Source of the DNA: Cyanophyceae cyanobacterium | Lineage (GTDB): Bacteria > Cyanobacteriota > Cyanobacteriia > Cyanobacteriales > JBHJGN01 | Assembly: GCA_050331735.1 (NCBI GenBank) | Contig: JBHJGN010000057.1 | Location: 15,432-79,431, forward strand | Length of the DNA: 64,000 bases | Direction: 5' to 3' | Part shown: positions 49,538-59,800 of the stretch, in pieces | How the letters are laid out: each line of letters starts with the position of its first letter | How positions within the stretch are numbered: position 1 is the first letter of the stretch | Notes under the pieces: model-generated | What the model saw: only the letters and a program-made list of their open reading frames with translations | Told to the model about the DNA's origin: nothing | Database searches by the model: none | Position numbers and translations under genes: made by a program

Positions 49538-52500
49538 TTACTGTGGCCAGATTTTACGTTCAGGATAACCTCGATAGCGGCTTGGGGAAAGCAACAAATA
49601 AAGACAGGGAACGAAAAAGAGCGCGAGCAGAGTAGCACCACCAACTCCGCCAGCGACACAAATGGCTAGAGGAGACCAAAACTCTCCGCCGCTCAGCAAT
49701 AGGGGAATAAAGCCAGCCACTGTCGTGATGGTTGTGGTGAGGACGTGGCGCGTTGAATGAACAATGACCTCACGCATAGCCATCCGATTTCCCCCCCGCG
49801 CTCTCGGATCAGAACGCAAAGCTGCAAGCACAACAATCGAGTCGTTAATAGCAACACCCACTAGGCCGACAGTCCCAAGAATAGCCATAAATCCAAGGGG
49901 ATAATTGAAGATCCACAGAGAGGCTAGACCGAGCCCGACAGAGCTAATTCCGACGATGGCAATGATGCCAGCGGCTCGAAAAGAACCGAAGGTAAGCACA
50001 AGAGTCGACGCCATCAAAACGACAATGGCCCCGACGGCAGAAACTAAATTATCGACAGCTTGATTCCGTTCCGCAGATTCACCGCCAAATTCAAAAGAAT
50101 AGCCAGGAGGAAGCTGAAAATTACTCGCTTCAAGGTGCTGTTTAAACTGATTTAATACCTGCGAGGGAAGTACACCAGCCGTCACAAATCCTTGAACGGT
50201 ATTCACTCGTTGTCCGTTTCGTCTGGGAATTGCGGCTATTTCTGGAACTAACTGCATCTCGCCGATGGCAGAGAGCGGAACGCGAGAGGGCTCCTCAACG
50301 CTGGGCGGAAGCATCTCCAAAGAGGTGATTCGATCTAAATTGCCTCGACTGGCGTTGGAGAGGCGCACGCGCACTGGCAGTTCCTCCGTGCCCTCAAGAA
50401 CTGATCCCCCCAAGGCGCCTTCTAAATTGGCGTTGAGTTGCTCAGCGATCGCTGTCTTATCAAGTCCAGCGAGTTGCGCTTGTTCTTCATCAATCTGTAA
50501 GGCCAGTTTGGGCAGGGCTTCGGCTAAGCTAGCACTGGTATGGGTAATGTCAGCCATCTGCACGAGTTCTGCTCGCGCCTGATTGCCCAGTTCCCTCAGC
50601 AGCTCTAGGTCAGGACCGTACAGGTGTAGCTCAATGGGAGCCGCAATATCTGGTCCTTGCTCTAGTGCTCTAACCAGTACGCTCGCTGAAGGAAAAGTGC
50701 GATCAAGGTAGCTTTGCAGCGCTTCATTGAGAGCGGAGCTTCCCTTAGACTCAAGCTGAATGAGACCGCTAGCGATGTTCGCTGAATCTCGTCCGCCGCG
50801 AGGAAGATTATAGTAAAAAGCCGGAGCGTGGGTGCCAATAAACCAATGCACGTTGCTCACTTCGGCATATTGCTTAATGAGCTGGCTCGCTTCTACAGCA
50901 AGCGATCGCGTTTGTTCGAGAGAGGCTTGGGACTGTAGCCTTAACTCAATATACATTTGGTCTCGCTCTGCTGGAGGAAAAAACTGTTCCTCTAAGCTAG
51001 TCGCCATCACGAACCCAGCTACCGGCAGAATCAGTGCCAGGAAAACTCCCAGGAGAGGATAGGATAAAACGCTAGTGAGAAAGCGACGATATCCCCAGGT
51101 GAGGCTAGGACTAGAAAAACCAGATTCCCACCAGTTTGAAGAAGCAAACCTAATTGTTCTCCCTTCGAGCTGAATGGCCAGCGCTGCCTGATTTTCCTCC
51201 CGGCATAACTTGCCTGCCAGGGCTGGCACGATTGTCAGCGACAAAAACAAGGAACTGAGCAGAGCAACAATCACGCTGAGCGCAATAGTCCGTACAAATT
51301 CTCCGGTACTGCCCGGCAGCAAAACAATCGGCAGAAAGGCCAAGACGGTGGTTACAGTAGAAGCAAACAGCGGCAGCGACAAATATCGGACGCTGTTTGC
51401 AACGGCATCTCTCGGCTCTGTTCCTTGTTTGAGCAAAGACTGAACCTCATCGACGACGACAACAGCGTTATCGATTAATAAGCCTAATGCGATCACTAAT
51501 CCGGTAACCGACATTTGGTGCAGAGGAATGTTTAAGAGTCTCATGCCCCCAAACACCATGAGCATTGACAATGGCAGAGTTGAGCTCACGATCAGGGCTG
51601 ATTTCCAGCCCATCATCAACAAAGTTGTGCCAACAACACAGAGAGCGCCAAGAAACAAGTTTAGCAATAAACCATTGAGGCGTGTTTCGACATAACGACT
51701 CTGGTCAAAGAGCAGCGATAAGTCAATATCTGCCGGTAAGGTTGCCCGAAATTCTTCTATTACCCGATCAGCAGACTGTGCCCACCGATCAATCCGCTGT
51801 TCTGGCTCCATCAGCACCGCTAGAACTATGCCTAGATGACCATCGACAAGCGCTATTTCTGAAGGAGGGTCTTTGATTCCCTTGGTCACTCGGGCAATAT
51901 CTCCGAGGCGAACTAGATGGTCTGACTGACGATTGTTGATGGGAATTTGGCGGATGCGCTCGAGAGAATCTAGCTCAGCGCCCATCTCGATTAGGAGCTC
52001 GTCACTAGGGCTACGGAGCTGACCAGCCGATACTTTGGCATCGCTAAGCTGAATCTTTTGAGAGAGAGCTTGAGGCGTTAAACCTAGAGGGGTAAGATCC
52101 GCTGGACTAATCTCGACGACAATTTCCTCCTCAGGAGCACCGAACAGATCGACCTTGTCGGTTCCTCTCAAAATTTGGAACTGATCTGCTAACTTCTGGG
52201 CTAAGCGATGCAGAATCGCAGAGTTCGTAGGAGAATCAAGATTCCATTTGAGACCAATAAGCATTGTGTAAGCCCGCGTATCTATCTCCTGATACTGCGG
52301 CTCTGATGCTTCTTCAGGCAGTAGCGAGACGATATCGGCTAACTGATCGCGAACGCGAGACCAGACTTCTTCTACTGCTGATATCCGATCTTGTAAAACC
52401 ACGGAAACCGTCGAAAGACCAAGAGTTGAGGTAGAGTAAATGGTCTCAATTTCCTCAATTTCAAACAGCTTTTGCTCAATGACTTCAGTCACTAAAGATT

Positions 52501-52672
52501 CTACCCGCTCGGGACTTGCCCCTGGGAAGCGCGTGATCACAAAGGCTGAACGCTGCATAATTTGAGGATCTTCCATGCGAGGCAGCAGAAAGTAGGAGGA
52601 CAGTCCCCAAATCAATAGCAGACAGAGTGTCAATAGGAGTAAGCGGGTATGACGATAGAATAAATTCCCCAT
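49538..52672 (-). CDS. RND efflux permease (AcrB family)
   Basis: FPGASPERVES, ALGLLIDNAVVVVD, AINDSIV; 1044 aa multi-TM. Confidence 0.94.
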   Translation of the reverse strand: MGNLFYRHTRLLLLTLCLLLIWGLSSYFLLPRMEDPQIMQRSAFVITRFPGASPERVESLVTEVIEQKLFEIEEIETIYSTSTLGLSTVSVVLQDRISAVEEVWSRVRDQLADIVSLLPEEASEPQYQEIDTRAYTMLIGLKWNLDSPTNSAILHRLAQKLADQFQILRGTDKVDLFGAPEEEIVVEISPADLTPLGLTPQALSQKIQLSDAKVSAGQLRSPSDELLIEMGAELDSLERIRQIPINNRQSDHLVRLGDIARVTKGIKDPPSEIALVDGHLGIVLAVLMEPEQRIDRWAQSADRVIEEFRATLPADIDLSLLFDQSRYVETRLNGLLLNLFLGALCVVGTTLLMMGWKSALIVSSTLPLSMLMVFGGMRLLNIPLHQMSVTGLVIALGLLIDNAVVVVDEVQSLLKQGTEPRDAVANSVRYLSLPLFASTVTTVLAFLPIVLLPGSTGEFVRTIALSVIVALLSSLFLSLTIVPALAGKLCREENQAALAIQLEGRTIRFASSNWWESGFSSPSLTWGYRRFLTSVLSYPLLGVFLALILPVAGFVMATSLEEQFFPPAERDQMYIELRLQSQASLEQTRSLAVEASQLIKQYAEVSNVHWFIGTHAPAFYYNLPRGGRDSANIASGLIQLESKGSSALNEALQSYLDRTFPSASVLVRALEQGPDIAAPIELHLYGPDLELLRELGNQARAELVQMADITHTSASLAEALPKLALQIDEEQAQLAGLDKTAIAEQLNANLEGALGGSVLEGTEELPVRVRLSNASRGNLDRITSLEMLPPSVEEPSRVPLSAIGEMQLVPEIAAIPRRNGQRVNTVQGFVTAGVLPSQVLNQFKQHLEASNFQLPPGYSFEFGGESAERNQAVDNLVSAVGAIVVLMASTLVLTFGSFRAAGIIAIVGISSVGLGLASLWIFNYPLGFMAILGTVGLVGVAINDSIVVLAALRSDPRARGGNRMAMREVIVHSTRHVLTTTITTVAGFIPLLLSGGEFWSPLAICVAGGVGGATLLALFFVPCLYLLLSPSRYRGYPERKIWPQ

Positions 52673-52713
52673 GAGTAGTCAGTCAAAAAGGAGCAGAACC
52701 AGTGAGCTATTGT

Positions 52714-54204
52714 TCATAATCTATCGTTTTTAAGTCCACTAGAACGCACTATCTGACCAGGTATCAAGCGATGGATGCCGCTAGCAATGACGCGATCGCC
52801 TGATTGAAGTGTCCCGCGCACAAAGGCACGGACGGCTTTATCCCCGCCGGAAACATCGCTTTCGGTATGCAAAATTTCTACAGCTCGTCTTTCAATGCGA
52901 AAGGTAGGCCCGTTCTCATCTGATGGAATTGGTTCACCTAAAACGTAGCAGGACCATAAGCCTCGTTCCCCTTTCACGAGAGCTGTCACTGGCACCCAGT
53001 ATCCAGATTCAGTGACGGTATCAGACCACTCGAGCGCGACCGCCTGCCCGGGCCGCACAACCGCTGCGGCTGTCGGGTCGAGAGCAAGGACAGCGGTGAC
53101 AGTCGCTGTGCTGGAATCAACTTCTGGGAGAATCGAGGAGACTTTTGCTTGATAGCGGGTTTGGTTGATGATAAGCGACTGGTCACTCCCTGCTTTGAGC
53201 GCTTCCGCCTCTCTGACGGGTAGGCTAACCTGCGCTTCAAGATGATTGCTTTCTACAAGACGCACAATCGGCTGACTGGCAGCAACGACTCTGCCTTCAT
53301 CGACGTGACGAACGGCAATCGTCCCCGAAAAAGGAGCTTTGAGCAGGCTGTTTTCTTGCTCAATCTCAAGCTGGGCTAAACTGGCATCTATCTGAGCAAT
53401 GACTGCTTGTTGAGCGTCAATTTGTTCGGAGCGCGTCCCCGTCTTTAACTGATTCAAATGACTTTGAGCTTCGTCTAGGCGAGCTTGCAGGGCGCTGGCT
53501 TCATAGGCGGCCTGGTCGAGCTGTTCGCGGGCGATCGCTCCCTCGGCATAGAGATTTTCTCGGCGTTGGCTCTTCAACCGAGCTAGCTTGAGCTGTTCAT
53601 TAATATCCCTAACTACTGCTTGCGCTGCGCTAATCGTCTCCTGGCGAGGCCCCCTCTCCATTTCCTGCATCTGGGCAACAGCTTGGGCGCGCTGAGCCAG
53701 TAGCTTCTGCCGTTCGGCCTCCAGTTCTTGAGTATCTAGCAAGGCAAGAGACATGCCCACCTGGACGCGATCGCCCTCATCAACAAAAATGCGCTTCAGT
53801 TGACCGGTACGCTCAAATCCTAGTTCGCTGCTGCGACGAGCCACTAGAGTTCCTGTATAGGTCCGAGCTTCTCGATAAGAATCTACCGGCTGAATCGCGG
53901 TCGTTTCAACGAATACAGCCTGAGACGATGGTGGCATCTGCGCTGGCGCTGTTTTACTAACTTGGCGATTCAGCGATACGCTCGGTAGCCAATGGAGGCT
54001 CCACTGGCCAGCAAGTCCGCACAAGAACCCAATTCCCCACAATAGCCATTGCCGATTAAGCTTTTTAGAGCTAACGTTGCCATTTAAAGGGACTAGCAAT
54101 CTTTTTTCTGCCCCGTCATTAGGCAGTTTTTTCGGGTCAATGGCCTTTTCGGCTTGCTTACTTGCCTCTTCGTCGGGGAATCGATTACGATTCATGAATG
54201 CCAC
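52714..54204 (-). CDS. RND membrane-fusion (periplasmic adaptor) protein
   Basis: Lipoyl halves VDEGDRV and LKAPFSG flanking a long coiled coil; upstream of the permease. Confidence 0.92.
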   Translation of the reverse strand: MAFMNRNRFPDEEASKQAEKAIDPKKLPNDGAEKRLLVPLNGNVSSKKLNRQWLLWGIGFLCGLAGQWSLHWLPSVSLNRQVSKTAPAQMPPSSQAVFVETTAIQPVDSYREARTYTGTLVARRSSELGFERTGQLKRIFVDEGDRVQVGMSLALLDTQELEAERQKLLAQRAQAVAQMQEMERGPRQETISAAQAVVRDINEQLKLARLKSQRRENLYAEGAIAREQLDQAAYEASALQARLDEAQSHLNQLKTGTRSEQIDAQQAVIAQIDASLAQLEIEQENSLLKAPFSGTIAVRHVDEGRVVAASQPIVRLVESNHLEAQVSLPVREAEALKAGSDQSLIINQTRYQAKVSSILPEVDSSTATVTAVLALDPTAAAVVRPGQAVALEWSDTVTESGYWVPVTALVKGERGLWSCYVLGEPIPSDENGPTFRIERRAVEILHTESDVSGGDKAVRAFVRGTLQSGDRVIASGIHRLIPGQIVRSSGLKNDRL

Positions 54205-54432
54205 ACAATAAAGTCGATCACTGCTAAACTAGCAAAACCGATTTCTAATGAGTACGGGGCATCTACGGATGATTTTTCTGGGAAATCCCTAGCTCAAGGA
54301 GAAGTACCTAAGCAATTTTGACTAGTTATGTCAGCAGAGAATTCTGTTTGTATCAAGAGAATTATTGAAGCTGTCCAAGAAGCAAGTGAGCAGACTTTGC
54401 TGAGATAAACTGATTAGCCGCAAAGTTGGTTT

Positions 54433-54475
54433 TGTAGAAGTTAATACAGAAGTAAAGAACCAGTTAAATTAACCT
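54433..54475 (+). promoter_or_regulatory. Putative NtcA-activated promoter
   Basis: TGTA-GAAGTTAA-TACA (54433-54448), then 22 nt after TAC the hexamer TAACCT (54470-54475), matching GTA-N8-TAC-N22-TAN3T. Confidence 0.6.
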
Positions 54476-54657
54476 GAAATTTAAAGGCTTTCACCTCAAA
54501 TTTAAAGATTCAGTAAAGTTACCTAGAAACTGTTGCACTCGGGTTTTGGTGCAGCTATCTTGGTAGTGAGATAACAGCCGTCAGCGAACACGTAGTTTGT
54601 AATTTATTGAATTAATAGCCAGTACGGACTGAAGGAAATTAAGGAGAAATCTAAGGG

Positions 54658-55473
54658 ATGAAAAAAATTGTAAGTTTTGGGATTGCAGTCCCTGTAGCCA
54701 TAACAGCAGCTTTGGGGATAGCCAGCTCTGCATCTGCACAGCTCTTTAGCAACGGCGACCAGCTTAACGTTGACTTCGATGCTGTTCAATTCAATGCTGC
54801 TGGATTTCCAGGGCTTTTTCCTGCCCTGCCGACAGGAGAACCTAACGGTGGTGCAGATGGAGATATCGACGTTCTCTTTGGCGAGCTAGCTACCGACTAT
54901 CCCCTATCAGCCAGCAATAGAGTCTTCAACTATAGCCCTGGTGATGACGCTGAGATTGGAGAAGTCGGCGAATTTGGAGTGGGCAATAGTTCTGGAGCCT
55001 TTGCTGGTCTTGTTGGTGAAACCGGTACGATTACCAACGTTGATGGAGACGATTTTCCAGGTGGTTTTGACTTTGCTTCAGTCGGCAACTTTGAGTTCTC
55101 GTTTGAGTCCGTTGAAACTTTCGCCATTAATCCTTTCCAGGCAGGAGGGGTTCCTGGGTTTGGCTCTCTTCCCGGTATCGGCATTGATTCTGTTCCTGCT
55201 GGAACTCTTTTCTTGGAAGCGAGCGGCTTTGTTATAGATACGGTTAGTGGAGAAACAGCTCCAATCACCTACCAATTCACAGCTCAGGGAATTCGTGATG
55301 ATGGTTTAGCCGGAGATGCCGTTGCCAATGATGGGGTCACTAACGTCACCACTCAGTCAGCTTCAGGTCTAGTAACAGTTGAAGCTGTTCCTGAACCTAC
55401 AAGCGTAGTTAGCCTTGCCTTGTTGGGCTTGGGCTTCTTGGGGTCTAGAAAAAAACTGCTCAAAAAAAATTAA
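54658..55473 (+). CDS. PEP-CTERM sorting-domain surface protein
   Basis: Signal peptide ending ASA-Q; acidic Gly-rich body; VPEPTSVVSLALLGLGFLGSRKKLLKKN. Confidence 0.88.
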   Translation: MKKIVSFGIAVPVAITAALGIASSASAQLFSNGDQLNVDFDAVQFNAAGFPGLFPALPTGEPNGGADGDIDVLFGELATDYPLSASNRVFNYSPGDDAEIGEVGEFGVGNSSGAFAGLVGETGTITNVDGDDFPGGFDFASVGNFEFSFESVETFAINPFQAGGVPGFGSLPGIGIDSVPAGTLFLEASGFVIDTVSGETAPITYQFTAQGIRDDGLAGDAVANDGVTNVTTQSASGLVTVEAVPEPTSVVSLALLGLGFLGSRKKLLKKN

Positions 55474-55543
55474 TTTCTTTCTTTGCTCTGGGAACTCTTT
55501 AGTTCTAGCGAGGAATAGAGGTTAAAATATCGATTGGCTTAGT

Positions 55544-55582
55544 ATCATCGGGTTTGCCTAGCAAATTCGGTGATTGTTTTTT
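55544..55582 (+). terminator. Intrinsic terminator between convergent PEP-CTERM and MFS genes
   Basis: ATCATCGGGTTTGC-CTA-GCAAATTCGGTGAT followed by TGTTTTTT. Confidence 0.65.
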
Positions 55583-55583
55583 G

Positions 55584-56867
55584 CTAATCAGGAATTGCGT
55601 CCGGCAGCTCATCTTCTACTCGCCGCAAAGGACGATAACAATATGCCAGAATGGTTGTCATCATGGTCAACAGGCCGACAACGATAAAGAGAAGAGCAAT
55701 TCCTCGTCCTGAACCCACGCCGATGATCCGTCCGATGCTGGATGCCAAGAAACCATCAGGAGCCATGAGTGGCTCGAAGATGCGATCGGCAAGTGCGCCA
55801 GCCACTCCGTAGGCAAGAGGCAAAGCCGAAGCTGAAAACATTTGTTTGCAGGCAAAGATTCTTCCCTGGAGTTCTGGAGGAGATTTCTTTTGGAAAATCA
55901 CTTGACTAGCGGCACTCACAATCGGCCAGCCAGAAAAGCCGAGGAAGCTAGCCAGAGCAACCAGAGGAATTGAGGGACGTAATCCAGCAACAAAAATGCT
56001 CAGTCCGCCCAAAAACATAAAGCCTAGTAAAGTGTTGATGTAGCGAATTCCTCCTCTCCAGGTACTGAACGCCAAGCTAGCTAGCAACATCCCCGCACCG
56101 CTGACAGACATAATCGTGCCCAGAATAGTAGGGGGCGCTAAAGACAGTACTAAAGGCGTAATCAGGACAATGGCGATGCCAATAAAGAAATTACCGGCAG
56201 TCATATACAGGAGCAACCCTAGCAGCCCTGGTTTAGCAGAAATATAGAACCAACCATCGATAGTCCAGCGTAGCAGCGAGCCTGGTTGACGTTTGTCACT
56301 GGAGGAACTGACGTGAGGAAAACGGACGCTGAGAAGAGTGGTGAGAGCAAATAAAAAGGTCGTAAAGTCTACTAAGATAATGCCAGGCAGTTGAATACTG
56401 ACTAAAAACACCCCTGCTAAAGCCGGTGAGATTAGTCGGGCGATGGCTTCTCCTAGCTGAATCATGCCGCTGGCCCGCCCTAAGAACTGTTTCGGGACGA
56501 GGAGAGTAGTGGCAGAGGTGTAGGCAGGGCTTTGAAAGGCGTTACAGACCGAAATGATGGCAGTAGACAAATAAATATGCCAAATTTCCAGGTGGTTGCT
56601 AGCTAGGAGCAGAGCGATGGCTAAGGTGCTTAAACCAGCACAGGAGTCGCTAGTAATCAGGGTCCAACGACGGTTCCAGCGATCGACGATTGCACCAGCT
56701 AACGGAGAGACGACTACGTAGGGTGTAATAGCAAACAAAGAAATGAGAGCATATTGAGTCGTTGAACCCGTCCCCTGATACACCCAAATGCCCAAAGCAA
56801 AGCTGGTTAGGCCAGAGCCAAGCAGAGAAATCACTTGCCCTAGCCAAACGATAACGAAAGTTTTCAT
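55584..56867 (-). CDS. MFS exporter of the type found in NRPS/PKS clusters
   Basis: WLGQVISLLGSGLT.FALG.WVY, GAIVDRWNRR, QGRIFA; 26 nt downstream of the PKS. Confidence 0.9.
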   Translation of the reverse strand: MKTFVIVWLGQVISLLGSGLTSFALGIWVYQGTGSTTQYALISLFAITPYVVVSPLAGAIVDRWNRRWTLITSDSCAGLSTLAIALLLASNHLEIWHIYLSTAIISVCNAFQSPAYTSATTLLVPKQFLGRASGMIQLGEAIARLISPALAGVFLVSIQLPGIILVDFTTFLFALTTLLSVRFPHVSSSSDKRQPGSLLRWTIDGWFYISAKPGLLGLLLYMTAGNFFIGIAIVLITPLVLSLAPPTILGTIMSVSGAGMLLASLAFSTWRGGIRYINTLLGFMFLGGLSIFVAGLRPSIPLVALASFLGFSGWPIVSAASQVIFQKKSPPELQGRIFACKQMFSASALPLAYGVAGALADRIFEPLMAPDGFLASSIGRIIGVGSGRGIALLFIVVGLLTMMTTILAYCYRPLRRVEDELPDAIPD

Positions 56868-56893
56868 ACTGACTCCTGGTGACTGGGGTGGTT

Positions 56894-59800
56894 CTACTGC
56901 TGCACTGGCGTCATCTCGATGACCGTTGATAGCCGTTGCTGAGGATTAGCAACGATTCTCTCCAGGACAAGCCGGAGGCGGTCGCTCATGGAAGCGACCG
57001 TCCTTTCGTCGAATAGGTCGGTATTGTAGGCTAGAACCCCACTTAATCCTGCCGGAGTCTCCAACAAATGCAGCTCTAGGTCGCCGATATTGCTTTTTTT
57101 ATCGGGGATTGATGCCTTAACCTCTAAACCTGGTATGTCGACTTGAGCTGCCGTATTGACCTGCAGGTTGAGCGTAATCTGTTCTAGCGGATCGTAGCCA
57201 GAATTACTCTTCATCTGGAGCTCTTCAACTAGCTCTGCATAGGATAAATCTTGATTGGCATAGGCATCTTGAACAACCTGGCGTACATGCGCTAGGAATC
57301 CGCTAACAGTTAACTCTCCTGAAATAACAACACGGAGAGCCAGAAAGTTCGTGAAAAATCCAATGAGTCCTTCAATTTCAGAGCGATTACGGTTGGCAAT
57401 TGGACAGCGGAATACAATATCTTCCTGACGGCTATCGTGCCAGAGGAGGAGCGCAAACGCAGCCAGCAAAGTCATGTATAGCGTGACTTCTTTCTTCTGG
57501 CATAAGGCTTTCAGCCTGTTAGTGTACTCTTGAGATAGCTTAATAGGATAGAGTGCTGCTCGGTAGGTCCGCTTCGGAGGACGTGCTCTGTCAGTAGGCA
57601 ACTCCAGCAAAGCCGGTAATCCAGCCAACTGCTGTTTCCAGTAGTGAAGCTGAGAGGATAGAACATTGCTACACAGGTACTGGCGCTGCCAAGAGGCAAA
57701 ATCCGCATACTGGATGGATAGTTCGGGCAGGGGAGAAACCTCTCCGCGACTAAAAGCTTGATAGAGAATTGACAATTCCCGAAAGAAAATCTTCATCGAC
57801 CAGCCATCCGAAATGATGTGGTGCATGGTAAGCAAAAGAGTATGTTTTTCCTTAGCTAGCTTCACTAAGATAACCCGTAACAAGGGGCCCTCGGTCAAAT
57901 CAAACGGATATTGTGCCTCCTCGAGGGATAGCCGCTGTACTTCAGCCAACTGGTCTTGTTCTGGTAAATCCTGTAGATTTACTACGGGCAGCGTTATCTT
58001 CAGGCTCGGGTCGATCGCCTGCACCAGAGAATTGCCATCAACTGATGCAAAGGTGGTCCGTAAACTCTCGTGACGCTGAACAATTTTATTAATAGACTGC
58101 TCCAAAGGAGAGATATTAAGAAAGCCGTTCAGGTCCAGGACAATTGCCATATTGTCTGCAAACTTTCTTCCCTCAACCTGATCGAAGTCCCATAATTGTA
58201 TCTGGTTAAAAGACAAGGGCAGTGCTTGAGAGCGAGAGACTGGCTGAATAGCCGGAGCAGGAGACGCTGCTCCTAAAGTTTCATTGAGCTGCTCCGTTAG
58301 ATAGGTAGCTAACTTGGTAGCGCTCAGCCCTTCCATTAATTTAGAAATTGGCAGCTCAACTTCCAGGTCAGTTTTGATTTGATTTCTCAATTCCACCGCC
58401 ATCAGAGAGTCAAGTCCAACCTGACTTAAAGACTGTTCGACATCTAAATTTGCTGGATTCAACCCAAGAGCTTGGGCAACATGCTCTTGAAGATAGGTCG
58501 CGACTAGTGAGTAACACTGTTCAGGAGCTTCCTGCAGCTTTTGTAAAAACTTTGGCTCCGGTTGTGGTGCGGCTTGAGGCTCGGTGCTAATCAATTCAGA
58601 TAGGAACGGGTGTTGAAGGTTACCTAACTGCCGCGCGAAGGCTGGCCACTCAAACGGGAGAATTCCTACCTGCGCCACCGGAGAACCGAGCATCTGCACA
58701 AGTGCCTGTACGCCTAAGTCGGGAGGAATGGTACTAACGCCACGACTCGCCATTCGCTCTTGAGATTGACGATCTAAGCTCGCCGCCATCCCCACTGTTG
58801 CCCACGGTCCCCAGTTGATGCTGAGTCCTGGTAGTCCCTGCCTGCGACGGTAATGGGCTAAGGTATCGAGAAAAGCATTAGCGGTGGCATAGTTTCCTTG
58901 ACCTGGAGAACCCAGTAAGGAAGCCGCCGAGGAAAAGAGCACAAAAAAGTCTAACGGCTGTTTCTGAGTCAGCAGATGTAAATTCCATGCCCCCTGGACC
59001 TTTGGAAGCATCACCCGCTGGAAGCGCTCCCAGTTCTGCTCGAGCAGAATGCCATCATCGAGGACACCTGCTGCATGAATGACACCACCTAGAGGAGGAA
59101 GCGTTGCTTCTATATGGGCTAAGACTCTAGCCAGATCTTGTTGCAGAGTCACGTCGGCTTGAGCCACAACGATCTTGACTCCACCTTCTTCTAGACTGGC
59201 GATAATTTCTCGGGCTCGAACGGAGGCTTCCCGGCGACCGAGCAGGACGATATGACGTGCTCCCTGTTCTACCAGACCCTGAGCCACTTTTAAGCCCAAG
59301 GCTCCTAAACCGCCGGTAATCAGGTACGATCGCTCTGGGGATAAACCTCTTGGTAACTGTGGTAGTTGGTTGGCCACCAGACGAGCAACATATCGCGTTC
59401 CTCCTCGCCAAGCAATCTGCTCGCCTTGAGGAGTGCCTAATTCTGCGAGCATCAGTTCGGCTTCAGATGATGTTGCCTGAGCTTCTAAATCAATGAGTCC
59501 CCCCCATAGCTCTGGATGTTCTAAAGCAATCGTTTTACCCAGTCCCCAAATTGAAGCTTGAGCTAGAGCGAGAGACAGCGATTGGTGCCCGATGGGTTGA
59601 ACGCCTCTAGATGCTAACCATAGTCGAGGCTGACCTAGATGTCTCTGTTTACTGAGGCTTTGCACTAAGTACAAAACGCTTCTACAGCTAACGATTTGAG
59701 CCTGTTCTAGGGAGGAGCGATTTAGCTCACTGGAGGGAGCGGATAAACTCCAGAGGTGAAGAACTCCCTGGAGAGGCAGTGGGGAAATTTCTTGCCATAA

